Part shown: in pieces, positions 38,744-52,004 of the stretch
Numbering within the stretch: the first letter of the stretch is position 1
Layout: every line of letters starts with the position of its first letter
DNA from: Octopus vulgaris
Taxonomy: Eukaryota
NCBI GenBank assembly: GCA_951406725.2
Contig: OX597822.1
Span: 68,572,001 to 68,636,000, forward strand
Reading direction: 5' to 3'
DNA length: 64,000 nucleotides
Made by a program: the position numbers and the translations under genes
The notes under the pieces: generated by a model
Database searches by the model: none
What the model was told of the DNA's origin: nothing
What the model saw: only the letters and a program-made list of their open reading frames with translations

Positions 38744-39471
38744 TTAAGAGTGGTTGGCTTAAGGTATTTTATGGAGACTTAACAGAGAAATAGAGGAAAA
38801 AGATAAAAGAGATAAAGCACAATAATTTGCACAGCTCCTACCATTGTGCTCCTTATGCATGTTAATAATATAAATAAGATGGATGAGTGGGGGCAGTTTA
38901 TGGGACTTAATTTTCACCCCGCGCCCCATACTCATTAATTGTTTCTTTCCTACCTTTTTAATGTATCCCTATTATATATTTTAGTGGAGACACATGACTT
39001 ATAAGGTTAGGGCAGTGGTTCCCAACCTGTGGTCCGTGGACCCCACTAAGTTTGCTTGGTGAGAAGGGTGATTTTGGACACCCTGCAGGACCAAAAGCAA
39101 AACCCAACAAAGGGCAGAGGAACTCATGAGAGTCAACAGCCATCCAATAATGTATACATGAGTCTATGAAAGACCACACCCAGATGATGACCTGTGGAAC
39201 CACCCAAGAGTGGAGCTGGACAACATTAGTGTTGCACCAAGAGGTTGATACTAGCAAACTGCAAAAGCTAGTTTCACTTCATGACTTTGCAAGTAGTTCT
39301 ATGGTAATTGAAATGACAAAGGCTAAAGATGAAACTATTGATAAAATAAAGTACCACTCAAGTACTGGACTTAAGATGATCAACAAACTACTCCCTTCTA
39401 AAATTACAGACTTTCAAGAGTGCCAAAGTGAAGCAAAGATCACTGTAGTAACTGCAGAAAAGGCAGCAAGA

Positions 39472-40112
39472 AAGGCAGTGAGCTGGCAGAAACGTTAGCA
39501 GGCTGGTGAAATGCTTAGCGGTATTTCATCTGTCTTTATGTTCTGAGTTCAAATGACGCTGAGGTCGACTTTGCCTTTCATCCTTTCAGGGTCGATTAAA
39601 TAAGTACCAGTTACGCACTGGGGTCGATATAATCAACTTAATCCATTTGTCTGTCCTTGTTTGTCCCCTCTGTGTTTAGCCCCTTGTGGGTAGTAAAGAA
39701 ATAGGTATTTCGTCTGTCTTTACATTCTGAGTTCAAATTCTGCTGCAGTCGGCTTTGCCTTTCATTCTTTCGGGGAGGGGTTTTCGATAAATTAAGTTCC
39801 AGTTGTGTATTGGGGTCGATCTAATCAACTGGCCCCCTCACCCAATATTTTGGGCTTTGTGCTTAGAGCAGAAAAGAATATTATTACTACTTTAAGGCAG
39901 CGAGCTGGCAGAAACATTAGCACACCAGCGAAATGCTTAGCGGTATTTCGTCTGCCTTTACGTTCTGAGTTCAAATACTGTGTGCAGTTGACTTTGCCTT
40001 TCATCCTTTCAGGGGTCGATAAATTAAGTACCAGCTGTGTACTGGGGTTGGTCTAATCGATTGCCACCCCCCATTCCCCAAAATTTTGGGTCATGTGCCT
40101 AGAGTAGAAAAG
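39472..40112 (+). mobile_element. Three head-to-tail SINE family B units with two different tails
   Basis: Units at ~39472, ~39700 and ~39893. Confidence 0.85.
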
Positions 40113-40287
40113 AAAAGGCAGCAGGAGGAGGCAATACATCTGAGGTCCAGAAGTTGAAGTATTTCCAGTATGTTGGCAAGTATCTTCATTTTAGTCAGGT
40201 GACCATCTTCTTCTAATTTGCCTAACTGAGCAAAACACATACATGTGCACATACAAGTGAACTACTTTTACTCCACATCTGAAGTAG

Positions 40288-40722
40288 TTCTTATTTCTTT
40301 ATTGCCCACAAGGGGCTAAACATAGAGGGGACAAACAAGGATATTAAGTCGATTATATCGACCTCAGTGCATAACTGATACTTAATTTATCGACCCTAAA
40401 AGGATGAAAGGCAAAGTCGACCTTAGCGGAATTTGAACTCAGAATGTAACGGCAGGCAAAATACCAATAAGCATTTCGCCCAGTGTGCTAATGTTTCTTA
40501 TTTCTTTATTGCCCACAAGGGGCTAAACATAGAAGGGACAAACAAGGACATTAAGTCGATTATATCAACCTCAGTGCGTAACTGGTATTTAATTTATCGA
40601 CCCTGAAAAGATGAAAGGCAAAGTCGACCTCGGCGGAATTTGAACTCAGAATGTAACGGCAGACGAAATAGCGCTAAGCATTTCGCCCGGCGTGTTAATG
40701 TTTCTGCCAGCTCACCACCTTA
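40288..40722 (-). mobile_element. SINE family B tandem dimer
   Basis: Two ~205-bp units joined at GCTAATGTTTC|TTATTTC. Confidence 0.88.
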
Positions 40723-41540
40723 GTGTTCTTAGTACTAGGAAGAACATCCAGTTGTATAAAACAGCTGTTCAGTAAATAAACCATCTCACTCACTCAAGCA
40801 TTGGCCATACTATATGTATTAGCCATACAAAATGTATGCCAGTATTACACACACACATGTATGCATATTGCGAGATGTAATCAGTATTTCGATATATTTT
40901 GACTTTTCTGTTACAACCCCTGATATCTGAAGGAAATGGTACTGCTATGTAACATGCAGATTGTGAATGTATTTATTTCTATTATATATAATTATTATCA
41001 TCATTAACGTTGTTGTTGTTGTTGTAACTGGGTTTTGTTTATCATAAAGCCAAGAACTTAATATATAACTTGTTGTTGAAGAGCGACAATAACTTGGTAA
41101 AAAATATATATATATAAACAAATAAAATAATATTATGCTTAGTTAATTATTGATAAAATAAATTTGGGACTTCCTAACTTCAGTAAGTTTCAGAGCAAGT
41201 GGAAACTTAAGAAATCAATAAAGCAATTAATCAAACAAACATATGTATATTAATGAAAAAAAAAAATTTAGTGGCACCTATGATGTTTAATGTGTAGGAT
41301 AGGTGGAGGTATGATGGGAAGGGGTGTACAATTGTTTCTTCACGTAATCAACAGAGTAAATATTGGGTGTTACACAGACAGCTTTCTCCCAAGACTTTTA
41401 TTTCAATATTCCACTGAAAATATTGAAATAGGTGAAAGGAAAAACAAAGAATTACATTAGGCTGTCAGCAGACATTTTGATAAGATGAATCACTGAGGAA
41501 ATTGTTTGTTACTTGCTATATTTCCCTAAAACACTTTCTA

Positions 41541-42106
41541 TTGAGTTGTCCAGAAAGTTTGTGCCGATTTATAGTAGCTTACCTTTCGACTTATTTTAGA
41601 ACATGGTTGAGTCCATAAAATAGGATTTGACTACACCTCCATTTAGAGCAGAGTTTAAGCTATCTTTACGTGGAAGAAGGCTTATGTTCCTATAACCTGT
41701 GTTAATTCTATAATCCTTCGAAATGGAAGATAAGAAAGTTCATTTTCGGCACTTGATGCTTTGGGAACCAGACAAACATTGCTGCAGCTTGGCTGGGATG
41801 TGTTACCCAACCCTCCATATTCACTAGATATTGCTCCTTCAAATTTCCACTTATTCAGGTCTCTGCAGAATAGTCTTAATGGTAAAAATTTCAATTCCTT
41901 GGATGACGTAAAAAGATACCTTGATGAATTCTTTGCCATGAAACCACCTCAATTCTGGGAAGAGGGTATTTTCAAGTTAAAGGAATGATGGAGACGCATT
42001 GTGCAACAAAATGTTTCATATTTGGTTGATTAAAAATGTAATCGCAAGTATTTATTGATGTTTTTCTTTCCTTTAAAAATCGGCACAAACTTTCTGGACA
42101 ACCCAA
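41541..42106 (+). mobile_element. Internally deleted mariner element
   Basis: 30-bp TIRs (TTGAGTTGTCCAGAAAGTTTGTGCCGATTT, one mismatch), TA TSD; N-terminus MEDKKVHFRHLML fused to C-terminal LGWDVLPNPPYSLDIAPSNFHLFRSLQN (variant of YSPDLAPSD). Confidence 0.95.
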
Positions 42107-42484
42107 TACTATTTTAAGAAATACATTTAATAACTTAATCCTAGACACCCAATTTTTTTTTAAAAAGTAAAATCGTCACAGCTGGTATCCTTTCCAATCA
42201 TAAATCTGCTAAAGCAGAGCTGACCTGGAACTAAACAACCACGGCATTTTCGGTAAGATTAACTTTAATAAAATAAACTGAGAAACGAGTGAATAATATA
42301 GGTGCAGAGATGGGAGTAGGTAATGGAAGGATTAACAGAAAATCTTGCCTTTCGCAATATAGAAACATTTCTCATGGTACCAGCAGACAAACTGGAAAAA
42401 GGTGTTGCTCCAGAGAATAGCAAGGGAGAAGCATGCAATATTCTATTTGGTTTCAGTAGATTACAATCTCCATTTTTTTCGATA

Positions 42485-42650
42485 TACCATATTTTAATGT
42501 GCATAAGGAAACCCCTAATTTTGGAGGCTTAAAATTTAGAAAAAAGGTTTTGTAAGGGATCATTATACTTATCTATGTATAAGAAACTCCCATATTTTTT
42601 AACCCAATTTTTGACAAAAAAGGATTCTTTATACACGTTAAAATACAGTA
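42485..42650. mobile_element. Tc1/mariner-superfamily MITE
   Basis: Ends TACCATATTTTAATGTGCATAAGGAA / TTCTTTATACACGTTAAAATACAGTA are imperfect inverted repeats bounded by TA. Confidence 0.65.
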
Positions 42651-43015
42651 AGTGCAAATAGATAAATGTACCATATTTTACAGAATATAAGTCAAATTCT
42701 TTAAACCAAAACTTACAGCCAAAAAAGTTGGATCAACATATATACCTTTTCTACTCCAGGCACAAGGCCTGAAATCTTTAGGGAAGGGGGTCAATCGATT
42801 ATTTCGACCCCAATATGCAACTTACCACCCAGTCACTCCTACGCCTACTGTTTAAGTCTTCTAATTACTATACACGATATTGTGTCCTTGAACAAGTTAC
42901 TCAATTCTCTTTCCAGTGCTTAGGCTAATTAACAGAAATAAGTAATGATCAGTCTATTAAGTTTGACGGCTGATTTGTTTAGTATTTGATGGCACAAGAT
43001 TTACCTCATCTTTCT

Positions 43016-43461
43016 TATTTCTTTATTGCTCACAAGGGGCTAAACATAGAGGGGACAAACAAAGGGATTAAGTCGATTACATTGACCCCAGAGTGTAACT
43101 GGTACTTAATTTATCGACCCCAAAAGGATGGAAGGCAAAGTCGATCTTAGTGGAATTTGAACTCAGAACGTAACAGCAGGCGAAATACTGATAAGCTTTT
43201 CGCCCAGTGTGCTAATGTTTCTTATTTCTTTATTGCCCACTAGGGGCTAAACATAGAGGAGTCAAACAAGGACAGACAAAGGAATTAAGTCGATTACATT
43301 GACCCCAGTGTGTAACTGATACTTAATTTATCGACCTCAAAAGGATGAAAGGCAAAGTTGACCGTAGCGGAATTTGAACTCAGAACGTAATGGCAGGTGA
43401 AATACCGCAAAGCATTTTGCCCGGCATGCTAACGTTTCTGCCAGCTCACCGCCTTAGACCT
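43016..43461 (-). mobile_element. SINE family B tandem dimer with TSD
   Basis: 21-bp direct repeat CAAGATTTACCTCATCTTTCT at 42995-43015 and 43462-43482. Confidence 0.9.
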
Positions 43462-44652
43462 CAAGATTTACCTCATCTTTCTATCATGCTATCACATGCA
43501 GAGCTGCAGTGACATGGCATGGGTGTCTGTCTTATGTTTTTACCTTCCATCAAGGCTAAATGAGATCTTTCACAAGGTATCTACTAAGTACAGGCTAACA
43601 CTTACACACACACACACACATACAAACGAAGAGACAGCTACAGATGCAGACAAGCCAGCACTGAATGAACTTTTGCTAAATGAAATGTTTGTCTTTCCGA
43701 TATCCTTTAAAGTTGTTATTATTTCATCATTGCTGTTCCATTTAGTGTTTTCCTTTCATGCTTGCTAGTGCTTGAAAGATTTAATTTTCTCAATGAAAAT
43801 AGATAAAAAGTAATGAGTTATTGATTCATAGATTGGATATTGACCTAAAATTGACAGCAAATAACAAGAGTAGGATGTAATTCTTTTCTTTCATGGTTCT
43901 GGGGAGTGGTTCAGATATATTCAGGACAAGGAATCAGGGGACAGATAAGGGATTGCCAAATTAGGATTAGGCACTAATCTTTGGAGGAAATATCTCTTCT
44001 GATCTCTTCCAAGTCATTGGATTGTGACCATGCTGGGGCACTGCCTTTTAGTTGAATGAATCAACCCCAGCACTTATTTTGATTTTTTTTCCCCCTTTTT
44101 AAGTACTGGTACTTATTCTATTAATCTCATTTGCTGAACCACTAAGTAATGAGGATGTAAACAAACCAACAATGATTGACATGCAGTGGTCACACACATA
44201 CACAAACACGATGGGTTTCTTTTAATTCCCAGCTATCAAGTCCACTCACAAGGCTTTAGTCAATCCAGAGCCGTAGTAGAAGGCACTAGCCCAAGGTGCC
44301 ATGCAGTGGGACTGAACCTGGAACCATGTGGTTATGAAGCAAACTACTTACCACACAGCCATACCAATACCTGAACCGAATAAATGATGGTGATCCCTTT
44401 GGTTTGAATTAATCATGCTTTATCTCATAGCTCCAAGATTTCAATGATCTGATTGTTTATTTTTAGAATGATATTGTAGGGTAGGTGTGTGATGCCAAAT
44501 CTGGCCAGTTTTAACATAAAAAGGTTGAATATTTGGATCAGATATGGCTGGCTTAAATGCTAAAGGGTTAAAACAAAGATGATAACAATCATATCTCTGG
44601 AGTTTCGTCACAAACAAGCAACAAAGAAAATATATTTTCTACTCTTTTATCA

Positions 44653-44948
44653 GTGGAGGCACATGGCCTAGTGGTTAGAGTCGAAGGATCGCAGGTTCAA
44701 ATCTCAGACCGGGTGATGCGTGTGTTTATGAGCGAAACACCTAAGCTCCACGCGGCTCCGGCAGAAGGTAATGGCAAACTTCTGCTGACTCTTTTTCCAC
44801 AACTTTTCCTCACTCTTTCCTCCTGCATCTTGCAGCTTACCTGCGACGGACTGGCGTCCCATCCAGGTGGGGAACCTATACGCCAAGGAAACCGGGAAAC
44901 TGGCCCTATGAGCCAGGCGTGGCTCAAGAAGAAACAAACAACAACAAC
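44653..44948 (+). mobile_element. SINE family C/V, full length
   Basis: GTGGAGGCACATGGCCTAGTGG head, CCTGCGACGGACTGGCGTCCCATCCAGG, (ACA)n tail. Confidence 0.85.
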
Positions 44949-47914
44949 TATTTTATCAAAGAAAAAAACCTAGACACAGTTAATTTTTACTTTTTTTTCT
45001 CCCCTCTCTTTTTTGATATTATGTGTAAACTATCCCTAAATTAAGGTTATTTGCTGACATTATGTTTTGCAAAAATTGTTGGGTCTACTAATAATTGCTT
45101 TGTCCTTTGTAAGAAACTGCAATTTCTGGTTGAGTGAGTAGGAACCTCATTCACTAGAATTTAACTTCAATAATTTCATGTGACAGAAAGTTGTACTTTC
45201 AGAGATAATTTCTAGAAGGGTACAGAGATATGTCTGGTTACAGCTTGGTTCCTGATTTCAAAATTAGTTGAGGATATCAAGGAAACCAACAGAAGGGTTA
45301 ATGGATTAAGAATACTTGTCAAATTATAATGTTTCAAATCGTTTATTTGAGTACTGGTGGTGTACATTCCACCAAACACAAAGCTAGCCAAAGTGGTAAT
45401 GGTACCACAGAATTGTAGGCATCTTAGCTGAAACTGTTGTAGTTTCACTCTAGATCATTCCTGATTGATCAGACCTATAGTCAAAGGTGATCCAGTTATG
45501 ATCATCCAGTCTGATTTTCAGACACGGGATCTAGGACTACAGTATATCTTTTATTTTCCGTCTGTCTTCACGTTCTGAGTTCAAATTCCATCAAGGTTGA
45601 TTTTGCCTTTGATCCTATCAGGGGTCGATAAATTAAGTACCAGCTGCGTACTGGGGTCGATCTAATTGACTGGCTTCCTCCCTAAAAATTTACTTTGTTT
45701 ACTTGTTGCAGTGATTTGACTGTGGCCATGCTGGAGCACCACCTTGAAGGGTTTAGTCGAACAAATTGACCCCAGAATTTATTTTTAAGCTTGGTACTTA
45801 CTCTATCAATCTCTTTTGCCAAACCATTAAGTAATAGGAATGTAATCAAACCAACACCAGTGGTCAAGTGGTAAAGAGCAAACACAAAGTCACACACACG
45901 CAAACATGTGTGTGTGTGTGTGTGTTCAACCTACCCTAGATGAATGCTGCCACAAGTACAAGGGTTAGAGCAGAAGCCACTTGCCCAAGGTGCCACGCAG
46001 TGTGACTGAACCTGAAACTATGCAGCCAGTCAGGACACAAACTTCTTACCACACAGCCACTTCTGTGCATATACATAGTGTGTGTGCGTGTGCGTGTGAG
46101 TGTGCATACATATGCACATGCGTGTATGCTGGTGACACAACAGACAATTAGAGTTTGGACAGCTCTCAAGTGGCCACCTCCATTTCAAATCACCCAACCC
46201 ATACTAGCATGGAAAGCAAATGTACAACGATGATGATGATGATGATATGTATACATATATATATATATATCAAAGGACATACTGAGCGTGTCTACCTGCT
46301 AGAAATAACAGTCAAAACTCTTTTATAAATGGCCAACAAAAACACTGACAATAATTACAGAAATTTGGGGCCTGCAATCGCCTATATTATTGATTCTGTT
46401 ATTATCATCTTAATGATTTTATCCTAGATAATAACAGAGTTAATGGTATCTTAGCAAATATTTTCTGCTGAAATATTTGCTCCGTATTAGAAATATATAT
46501 ACACATACACACAACTATATATACAGCAATTGAGATAGACATTGTTATAAAATATACTAGCATCCTGGCCCTGAATTGTTGTCATAATCATTATCATCAT
46601 TCTTTAATCATAGAACAACTTTAATCAAGAAGATCTTTAATCAAAGGGATTCAATCCTGATGATCCAGATTTTGGGGATATTTAGAAAACCTGCATAGAT
46701 ATCATGATGTAATTTGAGGAAAATCTGACTGCTATTTCTAGCAGGTGAAGCAACTAGCCAGAATCTCTTTCATTTAGCTCATGGTTCTAAAGCGTGTTTT
46801 TCTCTTGTGAAGTTAACAAATACATGTTATATAGTACTGATAGTGAATATAATAATGGTTACCAAGCAACAGATTGAAACAAACTAGCAGAGGAAAAAAA
46901 AGAAAACTTTCCAAAATGTATAAACCTTGATTTGCTCGTTAACTTTGATCTGCTCATTAAATCTAATACTGACCACAAAATAAGTTGGCTGGTCATTTCT
47001 TTCTTTTCTTTTTCTTTTTTGGGTTTATTTTTTTTTTATATTTGTTGCTTGGTCATTTTTATTTAAAGAAATTAAATAGCACTGAATGTAGAATTAATTG
47101 CATGTTTTTAATTTAACAACCATTTAATTATATGTCTGGGGATCTGCATTCGGCAATTTGGGCTGATGGCTTTGTTGTTGATTGTAGTTGTTAGTCAAAG
47201 AATATAATGTAAATATCTTGTAAACCCTAAAGGGATTTAAAAGGTTTTTAGAGGAAACTGAAAGAAGCTCATGTGTGTGTGTGTGTGTGTGTGCGTGCGT
47301 GCACTGTTTGTCCCCGACTATTGTTAGACAACACGTGTTGTGTTGGCTTGTTTAGATCTCCGTAACTTAGCAGTTTGGTAAAAAAAAAAAGACCAATAGA
47401 ATAATTATCAGAGTTAAAAATAAATATTGGGGTCAATTTGTTTGACTAAATCCTTCAAGGCTGTGCCCCAGCATGGCCACGGTCCAATGAATGAAACAAG
47501 TAAAAAGAAAACAAAGTAGATGTGTTATGTAAGATTAATTCTGAGGATCTAATAAAAGACTTCAGAATTAAAGAGGCAGGAGAAAAGTTTTCAAATATAA
47601 TAAGGTGGAAAATATTATTTTCCATCTTACTGTTAGTTTTGTTTCATTTAGAAAAAAATAAAAAGTAATTTTATGGTTTATTGTTGTTTATCTTTTGAAT
47701 TACATATATATGGGGAACACCAAAACCTTTTAAATGCTTAGTGTCCCTATGGGTCTTAATCCAGCCCTACTATCTTGTTCTGATTACTGGAAGTGATGTG
47801 AATTGAGTTGCATAGAATTATGTGCATAACACAAAGTATGGCTGCATAGCAATGAATTTGCATCACAACAAAAGGATTTCAATATCATGGAAAAAAACAA
47901 AAGAATTATATAGA

Positions 47915-48350
47915 TACTCTTTACTCTTTTACTTGTTTCAGTCATTTGACTGCAGCCATGCTTGAGCAACGCCTTTAGTCGAGCAAATCAACCCCAGGAC
48001 TTATTCTTTGTAAACCTAGTACTTATTCTATCAGTCTCTTTTGCTGAACTGCTAAGTTACGGGGATGCAGACACAGCAGCATCGGTTGTCAAGCGATGTT
48101 GGGGGGACAAACACACACACACATATATATACATAATATACATACATTTATATTTATATATATATATATATTTATAAACATATATACGACGAGTTTCTTT
48201 CAGTTTCCGTCTACCAAATCCACTCACAAGGCTTTGGTCAGCCTGAGGCTATAGTAGAAGACACTTGCCAAGATGCCACGCAGTGGAACTGAACCCGGAA
48301 CCATGTGGTTGGTAAGCAAGCTACTTACCACACAGCCACTCCTGTGCCTA
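47915..48350 (-). mobile_element. SINE family A, full length
   Basis: Consensus match. Confidence 0.9.
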
Positions 48351-48999
48351 AAGATGCAAACTTTATTTGGTTTTCTCATTAATAAAGAATGAGAGCAAAG
48401 AAGTTTACCTACATTTCGGATAGGAATGGCTAGTATTTACAGAATGACACAATTGAGCATGGCTATTTAGATGCTGACAATTTGGCACAGTTGACTGGAC
48501 ATTCAACTTGTTTTGGCAACAGAATGTTTTAGCACTAGAGACAAACACACACACACACACACACAGATGCAGAAATATACACAAGCAGAATGAGAGATAG
48601 AGATTACATATACATTTAAATATAGCTAGAAACTCACACACATAGAGAGTAAAGAAAAACAGAAAAATGTGAGAAACATTAAAAGAGCTGATGTCAAATA
48701 AGTCAGCATTGAATCAGCGAGGCCAAATAGGCAGGTCTAAAACAGCTGTGCAAGAATGTCTCATACTCTAGTATTTGTCAGACTGAGAAACATTGGTTCA
48801 ATGTATGTAATGCAGTGTGAGAATTGTCAGTACACAGACAGTGAACAATCTTTTTTATTTAACTTTGTGATATTGCTGAAAACTGGGTTTCTGAATTCAC
48901 CTGTGTTTATATTCCTATAAACTAAAGTTTGTTAATTCTTCTTTATATGGTTTCATAATTGCTACTGAAATCAACATTAATATTATTATTATTATTATT

Positions 49000-49565
49000 G
49001 GTGGTGAGCTGGCAGAAACGTTAGCACGCCAGGCGAAATGCTTAGTGGTATTTCGTCAGCCGCTATATTCTGAGTTCAAATTCTGCCGAGGTTGACTTTG
49101 CCTTTCATCCTTTTCAGGGTCAATTAAATAAGTACCAGTTGCGTACTGGGGTCAATTTAATCGACTTAATCCATTTGTCTGTCCTTGTTTGTCCCTTCTA
49201 TGTTTAGCCCCCTGTGGGCAATAAAGAAATAAATGTTATTATTATTAGGAGGAGGACTGAGGAGACCCCCTTCGGTCATGAGTGACTATGGGATTGCACC
49301 TAGAAAGTTACCCTTCAAGGCACAAGTCTGGGCAAGATTGTTTGTGGAAGGCCAGCAGTCACCCATGCATACCAGCCTCCCCTCTCCACACCACCAGTAT
49401 TATCCAAGGGAAAGGCAAAGGCCGATACAGCTTGGCACCAGTGATAGAAACTCTGCCAGATCAGATTGGAGCCTGGTGCAGCCATCTGGTTCACCAGACC
49501 TCAGTCAAATCGTCCAACTCATGCTAGCATGGAAAGTGGACGTTGATGATGATGATGATGATGAT
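49000..49565. mobile_element. Cluster: SINE B (+, 49000-49232), SINE D tail (-, 49262-49443), family E tail (+, 49445-49565)
   Basis: Each segment matches copies elsewhere in the window. Confidence 0.8.
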
Positions 49566-50392
49566 ATCTGTCATTGTTATGGTGTAACTAGCTGTAGCCA
49601 ATCAGTCTAATGTGTGCCTGGAAGTGCCCTACCCGAGGGGTACTGGTAGCTTGCTAAGACTGAAGGTAAGGAGTTGGCTCTGAACTTCTGTGTATGCATG
49701 TGTGCACGCATGCACACATACACAGACCCCCCCCCACACACACACACCAACCATGTTTTCAGTTTATGACAAACCCATAGCCAGTTGTAAAATACATTAC
49801 GTAAACTTACTTGCAACAAGAATAACCCCCAGGTCGACACTGTTGTGCACTATTATTACCAAGTCTGGCACTGTCAACAACTCCAACATACCTCCTAGAT
49901 TCTCAGTATAATGGCTCTGTCAAAACGCTGAAGTGGAACACCTTACAAAGAATCATAACACCACCGCTACCCTCCCCCCCCCCAACACCATCGCTGCCAC
50001 CACTACCCCGTCGCCGCCACCACATTTCAAAAGTAATCTATGGGTCATGCACTAAATGCTTAACTTTCCAGTTTATAGTTGGTAGACATGATCAGGTTGC
50101 TTTCTAAGACATTATAGAGTTTCATATCATTCCAGCAAGAACAAAAAAACAAAAAAGACATTAAAGTAAAAAAAAAAAAAAAAAAACACGGAGGGGGGAA
50201 GGAGAAAAGAAAATATAACAATTGAATTTAGATTTACTGATGACTAAACAAGGGAGGGTTTTTGGAGTTTGTGTTTTTGTTTTTTTTTATTTTGTAAACA
50301 ATATGCTTCTTTCTTGACAGATATGGTTGGTGAATGACGAAGATCAGACAAAATACTTAGTAAAATGCAAATGTACTTATAACAGTAAACTT

Positions 50393-50444
<52 letters not shown>

Positions 50445-50475
50445 TACACATACATATATATATATACATACATAC

Positions 50476-50530
<55 letters not shown>

Positions 50531-50561
50531 TAGACAAGTAGTACAGTAGAGTGCCCATTTA

Positions 50562-51201
50562 TAGAGTGGGCGAAAAGTCACAAAAAGGTATGAAATTTTG
50601 ATAATCTTTTTTTTAAAAGAAGCAGCAAAACCTCCTAAGCACACTGAGTGCAGATATGAACAGCATATGGGAACCGGTATTAAGGAAGGATAGGAGAATA
50701 TTAGATTTAAAAGCCCAAAAATTCACTCCATAATTGCCCACGGGCATATGGTGTAGTGGTTAAGAGCGCAGGCTACAAACCCCAAGATTCCAACTTCAAT
50801 TCTAGGCAGTGACATTAATAATATTAATAATAATTAATTCTTGTTTATTGGCCACAACATCAAAAAGTACCTTAGGAACAAGAATCCAGGTTCAAAATTT
50901 CCCCAAGACACCTAATGAAGGCTGGGGGGTATATCAGCTGAAACATTGTGTTAACAACAAACAAGATGAGGTCAAATATAAATAGTGTAAATAATGTACA
51001 TAATTCCTCATCTCTTAAATATAGAACTGAATTTTTTTTAATTAGTCTTTTTTTATTTAGATGTGAATTTTTCCAACCTAGGCTGCATTTATTTTGTGTG
51101 TGTGTGTGTGTGTGTAATACTGGGGGTGTTGTAAATTTAAAACAAAAAAATTTAGAACTTATTAAATATTGAAATACCTTCATGACTTTTGGCCCACCCT
51201 G
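50562..51201. mobile_element. Tc1/mariner-type MITE hosting a nested element
   Basis: TA+TAGAGTGGGCGAAAAGTCA ... TGACTTTTGGCCCACCCTG+TA. Confidence 0.7.
50742..51029 (+). mobile_element. tRNA-headed element with hammerhead-like motif (copy 2)
   Basis: TGGTGTAGTGG A box; GACAC-CTAATGA-A-GGCTG..CAGCT-GAAA-CATT-GTGTT at 50907-50952. Confidence 0.75.
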
Positions 51202-51229
51202 TATACAAAGGGTTCTTTAAGCAAAGAAA

Positions 51230-52004
51230 TTCTTTTCTACTCTAGGCACAAGACCTGAAATTTTTCGAGAGGGAGTCAGTCAATTAGATTGACCCCAGTA
51301 TACAACTGGTACTTAATTTGTCGACCCCGAAAGGATGAAAAGCAAAGTAGACCTCAGTGGAATTTGAACTCAGAACATAAAGACAGATGAAATATCGCTT
51401 AGCATTTCGTCCAGTGTGGTAACATTTCTGCCAGCTCGCCGCTATATAACTTATTAAACACAACAAACCATGAGCAGACAACTCAGGCATATAAGTAACT
51501 GGGAGCCCATTCGCTTAGTGATTTGAAATTTGAACAACAAAACTACGATTAGGCTATGCATGAGATGTAAGAGCTGGCAGAGGATATATAAATAGTATAC
51601 TAAATGAACAAATTGTATAGAAAATCATATCCAGTAAGTGAGCTGGAATTTGAACGACAAATTTCAAGTAGACTACACATGCATATGGATGGCTGAGGGA
51701 ATTTGGTCAAAGTCCATGCATGCATTTCATGTGGCATGCAAATTTTTCTATGGCTGGATGTCCTTCCTCACAACAGTGGCACTCGTAAGGCAGCGAGCTG
51801 GCAGAAACATTAGCACACCAGGCAAAATGCTAAGCAGTATTTCATCTGTCTTTACGGTCTGAGTTCAAATTCTGCCGAGGTCAACTTTGCCTGTCATCTT
51901 TTCGAGGTCGATAAATTAAGTACCAGTTGCATACTGGGATCGACCTAATTGACTGGCTCCACCTCCCCCAAAATTTCAGGCCTTGTGCCTAGAGTAGAAA
52001 AGAA
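51230..52004. mobile_element. Inverted pair of SINE family B (- 51230-51442; + 51787-52004)
   Basis: Consensus match in opposite orientations, ~345 bp apart. Confidence 0.85.

Noticed and set aside
39166-39498. 110-aa ORF
   Set aside because: No recognisable domain; runs through decayed SINE B sequence into a SINE head.
42265-42532. Overlapping 69-79 aa ORFs in non-repetitive sequence
   Set aside because: No recognisable motif or convincing splice pair; the plus ORF ends inside a MITE.
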